DNA of 64,000 bases from Candidatus Latescibacterota bacterium (GCA_965226795.1 CBDDDZ010000005.1:3008001-3072000); one strand, 5' to 3'; numbered from the stretch's first letter, positions 1 through 10,739 are shown. Notes: generated from the letters alone by a model not told the origin. Translations and numbers: made by a program.

Positions 1-552
1 CCGGAATTCGATGCGCTGCACGACGCCCGGGAGCGGGAGGTCTACGACGCCGCGTTTCGGAAGTTTGAGGAACTTGGACTGCACGTTGAGCCGTTGACGC
101 TTCCGGAGTGTCCCCACGGCGCGGTTTCGATGATGCTCTGCGTGGAAGCGGCGGCCGCGTTCGACAGCCCGACGCGGGCGGCCGCACTGGATTCGATGAC
201 CGAAGCGGACGGCAGTTCCTGGCCGACGGTTTTCCGCAGCTTCCGGATGGTACCCGCCGTGGAATATCTACGCGCGCAACAGGTGCGTTCCCTGATGATT
301 CGCGATCTCGAGGAATTGATGGGGAATTGGGACGTGCTGCTGGCGCCGGGCAAAGCCGGCGCCAGTCTGACCATTACCAATCTGACGGGCCATCCGGCGC
401 TGACATTGAAGTGCGGATTCGTAGACGGGATGCCCAGGGGACTGACGCTGATCGGAAACCTCTACGACGAAGCGACCCTGCTGAGTGTAGGCCGGGCGTA
501 CGAGCAGGCCTCGGATTGGCACAATCAGCATCCGAATATGGGGGAACGTTAG
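1..552 (+). CDS. Amidase signature (GatA-like) family protein, C-terminal part (5' end outside window)
   Basis: Open frame from base 1; C-terminus NLTGHPALTLKCGFVDGMPRGLTLIGNLYDEATLL is typical of amidases. Confidence 0.8.
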   Translation, partial: PEFDALHDAREREVYDAAFRKFEELGLHVEPLTLPECPHGAVSMMLCVEAAAAFDSPTRAAALDSMTEADGSSWPTVFRSFRMVPAVEYLRAQQVRSLMIRDLEELMGNWDVLLAPGKAGASLTITNLTGHPALTLKCGFVDGMPRGLTLIGNLYDEATLLSVGRAYEQASDWHNQHPNMGER

Positions 553-711
553 CGGTTTCGGTTCGGCCCGATCGGGAAGTGTCGGCCCGGGCTTCAACAT
601 ACAGGCGCACTGCGAAAGGACCCGTGACCCGGCGGATACCTCTGTTTTTTCGTTGGACGCGTCGTTCGACATGTCTTGTACCGACATCATCAACTTATGG
701 AGGTCTGCAAT

Positions 712-1791
712 ATGGAAGAGGAATTCAGAAGCATGCCGTGCCGGCGAGTCGGAAACTCCGGTCTGTTTGTGTCCGTTGTCGGGCTGGGAATGTGGAAATG
801 GGGCGATCCGGTATACGACGGATCCCGCATTGGGGATCACGAGGCGTTCGAGGTCCTGGACCGGGCCCTGGAACTGGGGGTCTTTCACTGGGACACGGCA
901 TGTTCCTACAACCTGGGATCGGGAAATTCAGAACGCCTGCTGGGGCGTTATTTCGCCGCTCGTCCGCGGTCGGTCAGAGAGCAGGTCGTCATGGCCACCA
1001 AGATTCACAACCCGGTGCGCGCGGAGCACGCCATGCAGGCCGACTTCACGCCGAATCAACTCGGCGCCTCCAGGACGTATATTCATTTTGGCGTGGATAA
1101 ATGTCTGGAGCGGCTGCAGACGGACTATATCGACCTGCTCTATCTCCACCAGAGCGGCACGGACGGCGAGGGGAACTACCGGGTTCCGATCGACGAGACC
1201 TGGGGCGCGTTCGACGATCTGGTTTCGGAGGGAAAGGTACGGTACCTGGCGGTATCCAATCACTCGGCGAAGCAGATGGCCAACGTGGTCGCGACGCTGA
1301 AAAAGGTGGGCAAGGACGTGTCCCGGCGGATTGTGGCCGTGCAGAACCGGTACAATCTCGTGCAACAGGATTCGCTGGCGTCCGAGGAGGGCGGCAGGGC
1401 GTCGGATTTCCTGAAAGCGGCGGCCAGGGCCGACGTGGGGGTGATTCCCTATTACCCGCTCGCGAGCGGTCTGCTCACCGGCCGGTACCGCAAGGGAAAG
1501 CTGGAGGAGGCCAGTGGACGGATCATTGACGACGGCGACGAAGCCGAGTTTCTGACCGAACCCTACCTGGAGGCCGTCGAAGGGCTGCTCTCGGTCGCGG
1601 AGTCAAAGGGCATTTCGCTGGCCCAACTCGCCATCGCCTGGCTGCTGGCCAACGAGCAGGTGCCGTCCGTGATTGCCGGCGTCACCGAAATGGGGCACCT
1701 GGAGGACAACGTGAACGCGGCCGGCGTGGAATTGACTGACGACGACATGGCGCGAATCGGTGAAATTGTGGAAGCCGCGCTCGGAGCGTGA
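712..1791 (+). CDS. Aldo/keto reductase
   Basis: GNSGLFVSVVGLG, WDTACSY, LERLQTDYIDLLYLH, PLASGLLTG motifs; GGAGG upstream of ATG 712. Confidence 0.9.
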   Translation: MEEEFRSMPCRRVGNSGLFVSVVGLGMWKWGDPVYDGSRIGDHEAFEVLDRALELGVFHWDTACSYNLGSGNSERLLGRYFAARPRSVREQVVMATKIHNPVRAEHAMQADFTPNQLGASRTYIHFGVDKCLERLQTDYIDLLYLHQSGTDGEGNYRVPIDETWGAFDDLVSEGKVRYLAVSNHSAKQMANVVATLKKVGKDVSRRIVAVQNRYNLVQQDSLASEEGGRASDFLKAAARADVGVIPYYPLASGLLTGRYRKGKLEEASGRIIDDGDEAEFLTEPYLEAVEGLLSVAESKGISLAQLAIAWLLANEQVPSVIAGVTEMGHLEDNVNAAGVELTDDDMARIGEIVEAALGA

Positions 1792-1953
1792 CCGGACATA
1801 CCGTCCGAAACGGCCGGACTTCCGCGCCTGTTCTCCTACGACCCTGGCGCGGAAGACGCACCGCGTAATTCTTGCTGGCCCTGACGCACGGACAGAGACG
1901 CGATGGCGCATTCTATCTTCCTATTGATATGTTTCGGTTAAGGCCGGCCCGTC

Positions 1954-2814
1954 ATGCTCGTTGAACGGATTGTAACTTATGGGCGAATGATTAAGTTTTC
2001 GCACAGCGTCTTCGCCCTTCCGTTCGCTTTCAGCGGCGCGGCGCTGGCGGCGCTGGCGGTCGACATCAGCCTGATTCATGTGTTCTGGATCGCCGTGGCA
2101 ATGGTCGGCGCCAGGAGCGCGGCGATGGGGTTCAACCGGCTGGTGGACCGCGACGTGGACGCGGCGAATCCCAGAACAGCGGCGCGCGAGTTGCCGCGTG
2201 GCCTGATCTCACCGGGCACCGTGCGCGTGTTGATTGCAATTTCTTCCGCGGCGCTGGTTCTGGCGGCCTGGCGACTGAACCCGCTGTGTTTCGCGCTATC
2301 GCCGGTGGCCCTGGGCATCGTCTTCTTCTATTCGTACACCAAACGGTTTACGTGGGCCACGCAGTTTTTTCTCGGGCTCGCGCTGTCGGTTGCACCCATT
2401 GGCGCATGGATCGCGATTACCGGACGTCTGGATGCGGAGATCCTGCTCCTGGCCGGGGCGGTATTGGCCTGGGTTTCCGGGTTCGATATCATCTATGCCT
2501 GCCAGGACCTGGCGTTCGACCGCGCCCACGGGATTTATTCGATACCGCAACACTTCGGCGTGCGCCGGGGGCTGGCCATCGCGCGGGTTTTGCACGCCGT
2601 TTCCTTTCTGCTGATGGCCGCGGTGGGTGTGAGTTTCGGGTTGGGAACCATCTACACGGCAGGACTGGTCGTGGTTGCGGGGTTGATGGTGTACGAGCAT
2701 TCGCTGGTAAAGCCGGATGACCTTTCCAGGCTGGGCGTGGCGTTCATGAACGCGAATGCCGCGATCAGCACTGTCTTTTTCGCCTTTACGCTGGGAGACG
2801 TGCTGTGGCGGTGA
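1954..2814 (+). CDS. ubiA: UbiA-family prenyltransferase (MqnP-like)
   Basis: MIKFSHSVFALPFA, NRLVDRDVDAANPRT, YSYTKRFT, GFDIIYACQD; multi-TM. Confidence 0.88.
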   Translation: MLVERIVTYGRMIKFSHSVFALPFAFSGAALAALAVDISLIHVFWIAVAMVGARSAAMGFNRLVDRDVDAANPRTAARELPRGLISPGTVRVLIAISSAALVLAAWRLNPLCFALSPVALGIVFFYSYTKRFTWATQFFLGLALSVAPIGAWIAITGRLDAEILLLAGAVLAWVSGFDIIYACQDLAFDRAHGIYSIPQHFGVRRGLAIARVLHAVSFLLMAAVGVSFGLGTIYTAGLVVVAGLMVYEHSLVKPDDLSRLGVAFMNANAAISTVFFAFTLGDVLWR

Positions 2815-3413
2815 ACCGGATTGCGGTTGCGATTACCGGCGCCAGCGGGGCGATTTACGCCCTGCGCACACTGCGCGCGCTGCTGATGAACGGGGACGAG
2901 GTGCATCTCATCGTCTCCGGGTTCGGCTGGATGCTTCTGCGCGAGGAGGGCGGTTTCGAGGGAAAACAATCCGAATTTCAGGAATTCCTTTTCGATCGGT
3001 ACGGAGCGGAAATTGCGAAAGGCTGCGTGGTCGTTCACCCGATCGGCAATATGGCGGCGCCTGTCGCGAGTGGGTCCGTGGGCTTGCGCGGCATGGTGGT
3101 TGTGCCGTGTTCGATGAAATACCTGTCGAATATCGCACATGGCGCGTCCGGAAACCTGATCGAACGGGCGGCGGACGTCACGCTCAAGGAGCGCCGGCCG
3201 CTGATACTGGTTCCCAGGGAAACGCCGATGAACCTGATCCACCTTCGCAACATGACCGCCGCGGCCGAGGCGGGGGCCGCAATCCTGCCGGCCATGCCGG
3301 CATTTTACCAGAAGCCCGAGACCTTTGACGACCTGGCGGATTTCATCGCCGGACGGATCCTGAATCTGCTGGGCATCGAACACGAACTGTTTCCGCCCTG
3401 GACCGGTACGTGA
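2811..3413 (+). CDS. ubiX: Flavin prenyltransferase UbiX
   Basis: AITGASGAIY, ASGS, VVPCSM, RAADVTLKERRPLILVPRETP, PAMPAFY; GTG overlaps ubiA stop. Confidence 0.92.
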   Translation: MNRIAVAITGASGAIYALRTLRALLMNGDEVHLIVSGFGWMLLREEGGFEGKQSEFQEFLFDRYGAEIAKGCVVVHPIGNMAAPVASGSVGLRGMVVVPCSMKYLSNIAHGASGNLIERAADVTLKERRPLILVPRETPMNLIHLRNMTAAAEAGAAILPAMPAFYQKPETFDDLADFIAGRILNLLGIEHELFPPWTGT

Positions 3414-3457
3414 CATCGAGTCGGCCGCAGCGCGGGGTCGGCACGGGGGACGAACGG

Positions 3458-4756
3458 ATGAACACTGACCTGATCCATCATATACAGGAAACCGCTCTTG
3501 TCGACACGCACGAGCATTTGCGCAAGGAACCGGATTGGGTGAACGACGGCCCCGACATTCTGCAGGATCTGTTCGGTAACTACGTCCCGGCCGACCTTCA
3601 CACCGCCGGCGCCTCTCCTGCCGCGCTGAAGCGGCTGATGGACGGATCGGACGCCGACGTCGCGGGGCGCTTCGAAGGAATACGGGGGGCATGGGAAGCG
3701 ACACAGTTCACGGGGTACGGAGAGGCGGTGCGTCTCATTGCCAGGCATGTGTATGGCCTCGACACATTATCCGGGGATGCCCTCACGGGCGCCCAGGAAA
3801 AGACCCATTCACTGCGACGTCCCGGCGAACGACTGCGCCTGCTGCGCGACGCGGCCAGACTGGATCACGTCCAGACCGACGATTTCCAATGGACATGCCT
3901 GCCGGATGAATCGGGACTGAATTTTTTCCTCTACGACCTCTCCTGGGCGGGATTCTGCAACGGCCAGGTCAATCCGGAGCAAATACACGCCGAGACGAAC
4001 GTAGAGGTGGCCGGTCTCGATACCCTCAGGCAGGCGATGGAAGGGCTCTTCACGAAATATGCCGGATGCGCCATCGCGGTGAAGGCACAGCATGCTTACA
4101 GTCGCACCTTGAACTGGAAGGAACGGAACACGTCGGAGGCGGCCGCCGCACTAGAGAAAATATTGGCGGGGCCGGATGAGGACGTCCCTGTGCAGGCGCG
4201 CCTGTGCCTGGGGGACTGGTGCTGGGCGCGCGGCGTGGAACTCTCGATCGCGCACAATCTGCCGTTCAAAATCCACACGGGATACTACGCGGGCAACGAC
4301 AGGATGCCGGTGAGCCGTATTGCCGCCGGAAATATGTGCACGCTATTCGCTCGCTATCCGGACGCCCGGTTTGTCCTGATGCATATCGCCTATCCGTATA
4401 GCGACGAACTGGTGGCGCTTGCCAAGCACTACCGCAATATCTGGGTGGATCTCTGCTGGGCATGGAGCATCGATCCATACAGTTCCAGGGACTTCCTGCG
4501 CCGCTTCCTGCATGCGGTCCCGTCCAACAAGCTGTTTGCATTCGGGGGTGACACGGGTTGGCCGACGGGCGCGCTCGCGTACTCCATCCAGGCGCGAAAT
4601 GAAATTTGCCGCGGGCTCGAAGCGGAGATTTCGGAAGGATATATGTCCGAAAAACAGGCGATGGAAGTTGCGACCCGCATGATGCGGAAGAACCAGTACG
4701 CCTGCTTCGATATACGCGGAACACGAGCGAATATTCTCGCGGCCGCGAGTAAGTAG
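3458..4756 (+). CDS. Amidohydrolase-family protein
   Basis: VDTHEH, KIHTG, VLMHIAYP, FGGD metal-binding motifs. Confidence 0.8.
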   Translation: MNTDLIHHIQETALVDTHEHLRKEPDWVNDGPDILQDLFGNYVPADLHTAGASPAALKRLMDGSDADVAGRFEGIRGAWEATQFTGYGEAVRLIARHVYGLDTLSGDALTGAQEKTHSLRRPGERLRLLRDAARLDHVQTDDFQWTCLPDESGLNFFLYDLSWAGFCNGQVNPEQIHAETNVEVAGLDTLRQAMEGLFTKYAGCAIAVKAQHAYSRTLNWKERNTSEAAAALEKILAGPDEDVPVQARLCLGDWCWARGVELSIAHNLPFKIHTGYYAGNDRMPVSRIAAGNMCTLFARYPDARFVLMHIAYPYSDELVALAKHYRNIWVDLCWAWSIDPYSSRDFLRRFLHAVPSNKLFAFGGDTGWPTGALAYSIQARNEICRGLEAEISEGYMSEKQAMEVATRMMRKNQYACFDIRGTRANILAAASK

Positions 4757-4779
4757 ACCGGATCGCAAGAGGTGACGAA

Positions 4780-5115
4780 TTGACGCAGGTTACAGAAGCT
4801 CTACTTGGCGAGATGGTACGGACTATCGTCAACGAAGTCGATCCTGAACAGGTAATCCTGTTCGGCTCGTACGGACGTGGTACCGCAACCGGCGATTCCG
4901 ACGTGGATCTACTGATAATCGAATCAGAACCATTCTCGAATGCACAATTGAGGTACGACGAGGGAATCAGGCTTTACAATGCACTGTCACGCTTTCACGT
5001 TCCTAAAGACATTCTGGTCTACAGTCGCGAACGGGTCGAATATTGGCGCGACTCCCTTAACAACGTTGTAGCGCGAGCCCTGCGCGAAGGACGTGTGCTC
5101 TATGAGCGACCCTAA
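4780..5115 (+). CDS. Minimal nucleotidyltransferase (MNT), HEPN-MNT pair
   Basis: ILFGSYGRGTATGDSDVDLL motif; 111 aa; overlaps HEPN gene. Confidence 0.88.
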   Translation: MTQVTEALLGEMVRTIVNEVDPEQVILFGSYGRGTATGDSDVDLLIIESEPFSNAQLRYDEGIRLYNALSRFHVPKDILVYSRERVEYWRDSLNNVVARALREGRVLYERP

Positions 5116-5500
5116 ACAGGCACGTTCGTTGATCGAAGCTGCCGCGCGAGACATCAGGACGGTCCGTCTCATGGCTTCCAATGTCGATTTCCCCGACGAA
5201 AACTTCGGATTCAACGTACAGCAGGGAGCGGAGAAGCTCTGCAAGGCCTGGCTCTCTCTGCTCGGGGAGGTCTATCCGCTGACCCATGATCTGGGCTTTC
5301 TGCTGGATAGATTGATCGCACGGGACGCCGAAGCTACGAATTTCAGGGGTCTGGCTTCTTACACTCCGTTTGCCGTAGAGTTTCGCTACACGGGCGAGGA
5401 AGTTGTGCCTCCAGCCCTCGATCGGACTGACGCCTTGCGGCAGTTGAAGAGCCTGATTGATCTGATCAGACGTCGACTTGAGGAATTAGCCGGCGACTGA
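5102..5500 (+). CDS. HEPN-domain protein
   Basis: FNVQQGAEKLCKAWL, YPLTHDL, FAVEFRY. Confidence 0.85.
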   Translation: MSDPKQARSLIEAAARDIRTVRLMASNVDFPDENFGFNVQQGAEKLCKAWLSLLGEVYPLTHDLGFLLDRLIARDAEATNFRGLASYTPFAVEFRYTGEEVVPPALDRTDALRQLKSLIDLIRRRLEELAGD

Positions 5501-5522
5501 AAGGTCGCTGCACTGCTCTTAC

Positions 5523-5561
5523 AAAAAGAAACGCCGGTTGCGTGCAACCGGCTGGTTTTTT
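5523..5561. terminator. Bidirectional rho-independent terminator candidate
   Basis: GCCGGTTGC-GT-GCAACCGGC hairpin with A-run before and T-run after, between convergent genes. Confidence 0.7.
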
Positions 5562-5594
5562 ATGCACCTCTCAGGGGTGTATCATGAATCCTTA

Positions 5595-6878
5595 CTACCG
5601 ATACGGTTCCGCGTTGAAGTTGACACGCATCGAAACAAGCAGCCGCACGGTGCGCACCCGGTCTTCACGATTGCCTTCGGTCAATCTGTAGCCGCCAAAA
5701 ACAGCGGCCAGATCCACCGCCAGAATCCGTTCCAATTCAGCGCCAAGTCCGAGCGTCCAGGCATCGCGGTCGGTCTCGATGCGGATTTCGGGCACAGGAC
5801 CGCCCCCTACGTACTGCACCGGATCGCGAAAGTATCCGCCCCTGACAGCCACCCCAGAACGCCGAAGTACGTATTCGCCCCCCAGATGGAACCGTGTCGC
5901 GGCGCGATATTGCTGGCGGAAATCGTCCACGTAGGGTGTGATGTTCTTCGCCACGACACGGTACCCGGCCTCCTGCAGATTCCCGTAATGTACGTCGCCG
6001 CTCAAGGTCAATCCGGCCGAGGACCATCCCAGGCCGAATCCCAGCGAGAGCGGCTGGCGGATCTCATATCTGTCCGCGTAGGCTTCGCGCGGATAGGTAT
6101 CCGTCCGATCGTCAAACGTATCTTCGAATTCATCCGCCAATTCAGCCGACACACGAATGGGGGTCGCCGCGGAAACCGTAATGCCGAGCCGGAATTTGGA
6201 CGGATGCCAGTATTGGATGCCGCCCTGAACGCCCAATGCGGAAAAGTGGTCGTCGGATTCGTAGCGCTGGAAAATACGAACCGTATCCACGTGGACCTGC
6301 CGAACGTCTTCAAGCGTCAATTCCTGCCTGAAACGATTGGTCCCCCGCCACTTGAACACAGAAACCCCTGCCGACAGACGCGGCGCCAGGTCAACTGCAA
6401 CGCCCAGCGTCCACGCACCGAAGGTGCCCCTGTCTTCCGAAAAACCCGACTTTTCGAATTCGGCGATTTCATCGTACGCGTCGATCCGCAATCCACCGTC
6501 GAAATGCCGGATGCGCCCGAACCCCCCCGCAAAAACCAGGCTGCCCCGATAGACGGGAGCCGGGTATACGATGCCCACCGACGCAAAGCGCGTGCTGTTC
6601 AATTCAAACGCCGAAGACTGACTGAAAAAATGCGACTCGTTCCGGTAACGATCGTGCGACATTCCCCACGAGATGGATCCGCGCTGGACTCTTGCCAACC
6701 CCGCCGGGTTCCAGAACAGACCGGAGAAATCATCCGATACCGTGACGTACGCGCCACCCATCCCCATTGCGCGGGCGCCGATTCCGGAAAATCCATCGAG
6801 GGCGACCTCCTGCGCGTTAAGGGTCGCCGCCCAGGCGCAAAACGCCAGCATCGGAACCATTGGACGGACCCGCCTCAT
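5595..6878 (-). CDS. OmpP1/FadL/TodX-like outer-membrane beta-barrel
   Basis: Signal peptide then GIGARAMGMGGAYVTVSDDFSGLFWNPAGLA. Confidence 0.8.
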   Translation of the reverse strand: MRRVRPMVPMLAFCAWAATLNAQEVALDGFSGIGARAMGMGGAYVTVSDDFSGLFWNPAGLARVQRGSISWGMSHDRYRNESHFFSQSSAFELNSTRFASVGIVYPAPVYRGSLVFAGGFGRIRHFDGGLRIDAYDEIAEFEKSGFSEDRGTFGAWTLGVAVDLAPRLSAGVSVFKWRGTNRFRQELTLEDVRQVHVDTVRIFQRYESDDHFSALGVQGGIQYWHPSKFRLGITVSAATPIRVSAELADEFEDTFDDRTDTYPREAYADRYEIRQPLSLGFGLGWSSAGLTLSGDVHYGNLQEAGYRVVAKNITPYVDDFRQQYRAATRFHLGGEYVLRRSGVAVRGGYFRDPVQYVGGGPVPEIRIETDRDAWTLGLGAELERILAVDLAAVFGGYRLTEGNREDRVRTVRLLVSMRVNFNAEPYR

Positions 6879-7549
6879 CTCATCCCCCCTCTGCGCCGCT
6901 TCTCCTCGCGCTTCTCCTCGCGCTTTTTCTCTTCCTTTTTCTCTTCCTTCTTCGAGGATGACTCATCGCTAGCCGTACTGCGTGGTTTCGTGGCAGTTCT
7001 TGCTGCGCCGGTCGCCCTCTCCGGTTTCGGATTTGCCTGGATCGCGCCGACCGCCGGCGCTCGCGGCTTCCGCGTTGTCGTACTTACCCCGCCGCCCTTA
7101 CGGACCGTGCCGGCGGGTGCGGGCTCGCCACCCCGCAATCCCGTATATCTGATGCGCAGACGCGGTTCGTGCAGATCGATTGGATCAGTATCGACCGTGC
7201 GATACCTGAACGTGGGAGCGGGCAACCGTCCGCGCGCGAGCATCCGCCGCATCCACCCCCTCCACCACGGCCCGTATGCGGCCGTCCAGTAGGAATTTCT
7301 CCATCGGAAACCCCGTCTCGCCCACGACGGATATCCCGGATAATACGGTTCGAAATTCGGCGCCGCCTCCCACCCGTACGGATCGAAATAATTGTACACA
7401 TACTGCTTGTATACCACAACAGAGTCCGTTTTGGTGGACGCCCCGGATCCGACCCGGCCTTCCGTTTCAAAACCGGGCGGCCGAATCTGGGTATAACATC
7501 CTGCGAGTGCAATTAGACCTGACACCATAAGGCAGATACGATACACCAT
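6875..7549 (-). CDS. Hypothetical lipoprotein
   Basis: Lipobox LAGC after hydrophobic stretch; Tyr/Trp-rich middle, charged tail; overlaps downstream start. Confidence 0.65.
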   Translation of the reverse strand: MVYRICLMVSGLIALAGCYTQIRPPGFETEGRVGSGASTKTDSVVVYKQYVYNYFDPYGWEAAPNFEPYYPGYPSWARRGFRWRNSYWTAAYGPWWRGWMRRMLARGRLPAPTFRYRTVDTDPIDLHEPRLRIRYTGLRGGEPAPAGTVRKGGGVSTTTRKPRAPAVGAIQANPKPERATGAARTATKPRSTASDESSSKKEEKKEEKKREEKREEKRRRGGMR

Positions 7550-7735
7550 GGCAGCCTCCCTGGATGTGGGTATCGGAGAGTCCAACCGGGCCATCCCTCC
7601 CCTGCCCCACCCTCATACAAAATAGCCAATATTCGACGACGGCACAATACCCGGGGGCCGAATCGGACCCGGTGCTTCGGTTTGTTCCTGTTTCAGTTTT
7701 TGCACGTATCGGACGACTCTTCCCCATCCGGCGCT

Positions 7736-8077
7736 TCAACCCGCTTTTCGAAGGAACATCGCTACAAGGGATCTGAGTCCTTTCCCTCTGTGTTGGGCAG
7801 GCTCTGCTTCCTGACAGCAGGATTCCGAATGAGAAACGCTGTCTCCTTTTTGTGCGGCGAGGCGGGATTCGATCTCCACGTGTTCAGGGAACCGACCCTC
7901 TTTCAGTTTGGAGAAAATCGGTTCCCCGTCCACAGTGAGTTCAAAACGGCCTCTGCCCGAGGGAACCAGGGTGAAACGTGAGATATCCGTCTTATATTTT
8001 TCCAGCAGATGGCGCGCCAAACTGACGGCCTGTTCTTCATACCCTCACATCGAGCAGTAGACGAGTTCGATATCCAT
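7736..8077 (-). CDS. Rdx (SelT/SelW/SelH) family selenoprotein, CxxU motif, in-frame TGA at 8045-8047
   Basis: AAGGAG RBS, then MDIELVYCSM-TGA-GYEEQAVSLARHLL...VPSGRGRFELTVDGEPIFSKLKEGRFPE, in frame with ORF 7736..8020. Confidence 0.88.
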
Positions 8078-8261
8078 TGTCGATCTCCTTATGGTTTCGA
8101 TAATTGCCTATAAATCGTAGACGCATGAATCACGATGCCTGTTTCAATCTGTCGGTCCAGACGAATGCTTTCGCGCCGTGTCGGTTCTCTCGCGTCGGGC
8201 ATCATGTTACTCGTTCTGCTCCGGGTCTGTGACGTCATTCACTTATGTATTATTATCTTAA

Positions 8262-8355
8262 TTTTCTTTTTCTTCGTCCTTTTTCTTATTCGCCCAAGAA
8301 AAAGGACCAAAAAGAACCGCGCCTGCCTGCCGAGCACGGCTCGGCGCAGGCAGGC
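8262..8355. repeat. Dispersed non-coding repeat with palindrome
   Basis: 8262-8302 is the near reverse complement of 44824-44864; hairpin CCTGCCTGCCGAG...CTCGGCGCAGGCAGG recurs at about 43343-43375. Confidence 0.65.
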
Positions 8356-8528
8356 CGCTCGGCGCGGGGCCGGTTTTTCCGCGAATCGTCTCAGAGACAT
8401 AAATGGGAATTGGATGCCCTACGTGCCCGTCAGATGTACCAGTACTAAAATGCTGGACGGAATTACGCGGCAAAACCCCCCACGCCACCACCGGGTGGCC
8501 GAGGTACAAACTTGAAGGGCCACAAGGC

Positions 8529-8627
8529 GGGCGGTTCGCGAACCGCCCCACCCCCATCCGTGATGTTGATATCGCCGCGGTACCCGCCGTCGTTGGTCCT
8601 TGTAGGGGCAACCCTCGTGGTTGCCCT
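8529..8627. repeat. REP-like palindromes
   Basis: GGGCGGTTCGCGAACCGCCC and GTAGGGGCAACCCTCGTGGTTGCCCT. Confidence 0.65.
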
Positions 8628-8762
8628 CGTCGTGGCGCGCATATCGCTGATGGACCTCGCCGGACCGTATCACTAACCGGCCTTCGCTGAATGCTGACCG
8701 CTTTACACTGATCGCTATCCTCTTCTTAATTCAATCCTATCGCGACTTGCACCAGGTGTGAA

Positions 8763-9005
8763 TTACGAGATTGACTCTGTGAGGAAGTTCCTGCCGAGAC
8801 GATACGCCGTTGCCAGATTGCGGGCTCTAACCTCCGGCGCAGTCTGCGCATCTGCCCCGCCCGACAGAATGGCCACCTCGCAATGGGCTACGCCGGATGA
8901 CGGTTGCAGGCGGTCGTTCCTGAAGATGCGCTTCATACTCTCGGCCAGGAACACTCCCTTAAACGACTTCCCGGTCGGGTGTGCGAAGACGATATATGCG
9001 TGCAT
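8763..9005 (-). pseudogene. NAD(P)H-dependent oxidoreductase (flavodoxin-fold) remnant with large internal deletion
   Basis: N-terminus MHAYIVFAHPTGKSF joined directly to a C-terminal-like segment ...NLATAYRLGRNF; only about 80 aa. Confidence 0.55.
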
Positions 9006-9115
9006 GGGCGCCTCCAGCCCCAATACTGTGAAACCATTAGAATCTTACAGCAAGACTTCTACACAAAACGCGTACAAGTTAATTCACGCTGCTTGCATAA
9101 GGTAAGGCATTGAAA

Positions 9116-9246
9116 TCCCCCCACCGCATCAGCCGTCGCCCGCCCTTCGACAGGCTCAGGGCAGCGCCTTCGACAACCCTTCGACCCTTCGACAGGCTCA
9201 GGAGACCGGCTTGGCTTCTGCGACTCCCCCTCAAGGGGGGAGTGAT
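9116..9246. repeat. Intergenic repeat element
   Basis: Two copies of CCCTTCGACAGGCTCAGG plus hairpin ACTCCCCCTCAAGGGGGAGT. Confidence 0.6.
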
Positions 9247-9374
9247 TGCACCGTCAAACGGACTCGCGCGTTCACTTGCACCTATTTGGTTGCGGCTGAG
9301 CATAGCGAAGCCGCGCCAGGGATGTACTGATGATGCATTTCGAAGCCTTGATGCGTCGCGTTCAATTTCTGTCT

Positions 9375-9749
9375 TTACGCCCACAAATTATGAGCCCACA
9401 CGAAGAGGCACGGCACCATCGCGCCAATGCATATTCCATCTCGATTGCCCGGTGAACAACGGCTCCAGGCGTTTTCAAACCACGATGGAAACAATGCCAT
9501 CCATATAGCCAATCCGACTATCAAAAAAGAGAATGGGTGGTACCGCCACGCGTCTGCGATTTCTCCATGCGTCAGGCTAAGGCACGCCCGCGTCATCCCA
9601 CACCCGGGACACGGAATATCTGTCACGATAAAAAATACGCAAGGAATCGATGCAACCTCTGACAGTGACATATCAGACACTGCAACGCAAAGGCCCGCCA
9701 CACCCAACCCGATCAGAAAAAAGCGCGCGACAGCCGTACGGTTAACCAT
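9375..9749 (-). CDS. DUF2752-family membrane protein
   Basis: PCVFFIVTDIPCPGCGMTRA...AWRYHPFS. Confidence 0.8.
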   Translation of the reverse strand: MVNRTAVARFFLIGLGVAGLCVAVSDMSLSEVASIPCVFFIVTDIPCPGCGMTRACLSLTHGEIADAWRYHPFSFLIVGLAIWMALFPSWFENAWSRCSPGNRDGICIGAMVPCLFVWAHNLWA

Positions 9750-10050
9750 TGGAAGTTCTTCCGTAGAGTCTGTTGATCTGGTACTGCTGGATAGCAAGCG
9801 AGGCGATGCCGATACCGAAAATCGCTAACAGGACACAGATGACCGGTAGATTCGAATCGTAGGTCAGATCATTGTCAGCCTGAACTTCATTGATACCGGT
9901 TGCCATCTTATACTCATAGTAGATGCCGAAGATACCGCAGGTGATAATCGAGAGAAAAAACCAGAGCCAAAAGGAATACTCATTTCTCTCAAGCCAGGCA
10001 TTGAGCGTCGCCATCTGCTTATATTGCCAGTACAGCCCATAGATTGACAA
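9742..10050 (-). CDS. DUF4234-family membrane protein, probably 5'-truncated
   Basis: IYGLYWQYK and LSIITCGIFGIYYEYK repeats; no convincing start or RBS. Confidence 0.65.
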   Translation of the reverse strand: MSIYGLYWQYKQMATLNAWLERNEYSFWLWFFLSIITCGIFGIYYEYKMATGINEVQADNDLTYDSNLPVICVLLAIFGIGIASLAIQQYQINRLYGRTSNG

Positions 10051-10739
10051 GAGACAGCAAGATTCCCACCACTATGCTTCGCCTGGCCTGGGACTCCGGA
10101 CAAGGATACCCATTAGGCATGAAACCCTCCGCTCTGTTTTGACGGTACGAACCTGACCTGCAGGGAAATTTCGACTTTAGACCGGACCATTTTGAAGGGC
10201 GCCACCGATGGGAAACCGCAGGGATTACCCCTGAAAATCCAACGGCGGCGCGGGAACGGCTTCATCCTCAAGACGTGAACGATCGCACCTTGAAACCGTT
10301 CTCCGGCGTGTCGAAACATGCTTCTCTCCCGATATGAATATACAAAAGGGGTGCGCGGGATTCAAACCGTTCCCCTCTTCATTTGGAAGTCACTTAGAAG
10401 CGATTAGCGTGCAGCCGTCAGTATCCGGCGAGAAGCGAAAACCCGATCTATTGACGTCGTCGCCGTGGATGATATCTCAGGCGCAACCCTTGTGGTTGCC
10501 ACGTCAGGGCGTACAGCATGTGGCGGTTGAGCATACAGTGGCAATCCGGAGCTACTCTCGCAATGCGTTCCGATCGGAAACCGTGTTTGAATTTCACGTA
10601 TTCTTGTGGTATATTTCCTTGTCACCTGCGTCAAGTCAGTTGACAATCACCACACTGCGCGGGCATGTGTGCCGGAACGAATTCCATTGGAGCAAAATAG
10701 GACTGCCGATGCGAATGTTATCGGACAAGGAGAACAAAC

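Noticed and set aside
5538..7292. 584-aa plus-strand ORF and similar long antisense ORFs (21817-23061, 31786-32781, 49560-50558)
   Set aside because: Shadows of well-supported genes on the opposite strand in GC-rich DNA
10113..10700. Short ORFs at 10.1-10.7 kb, also 11.76-12.07 kb and 12.76-13.03 kb
   Set aside because: No recognisable motifs or RBS; probably decayed sequence
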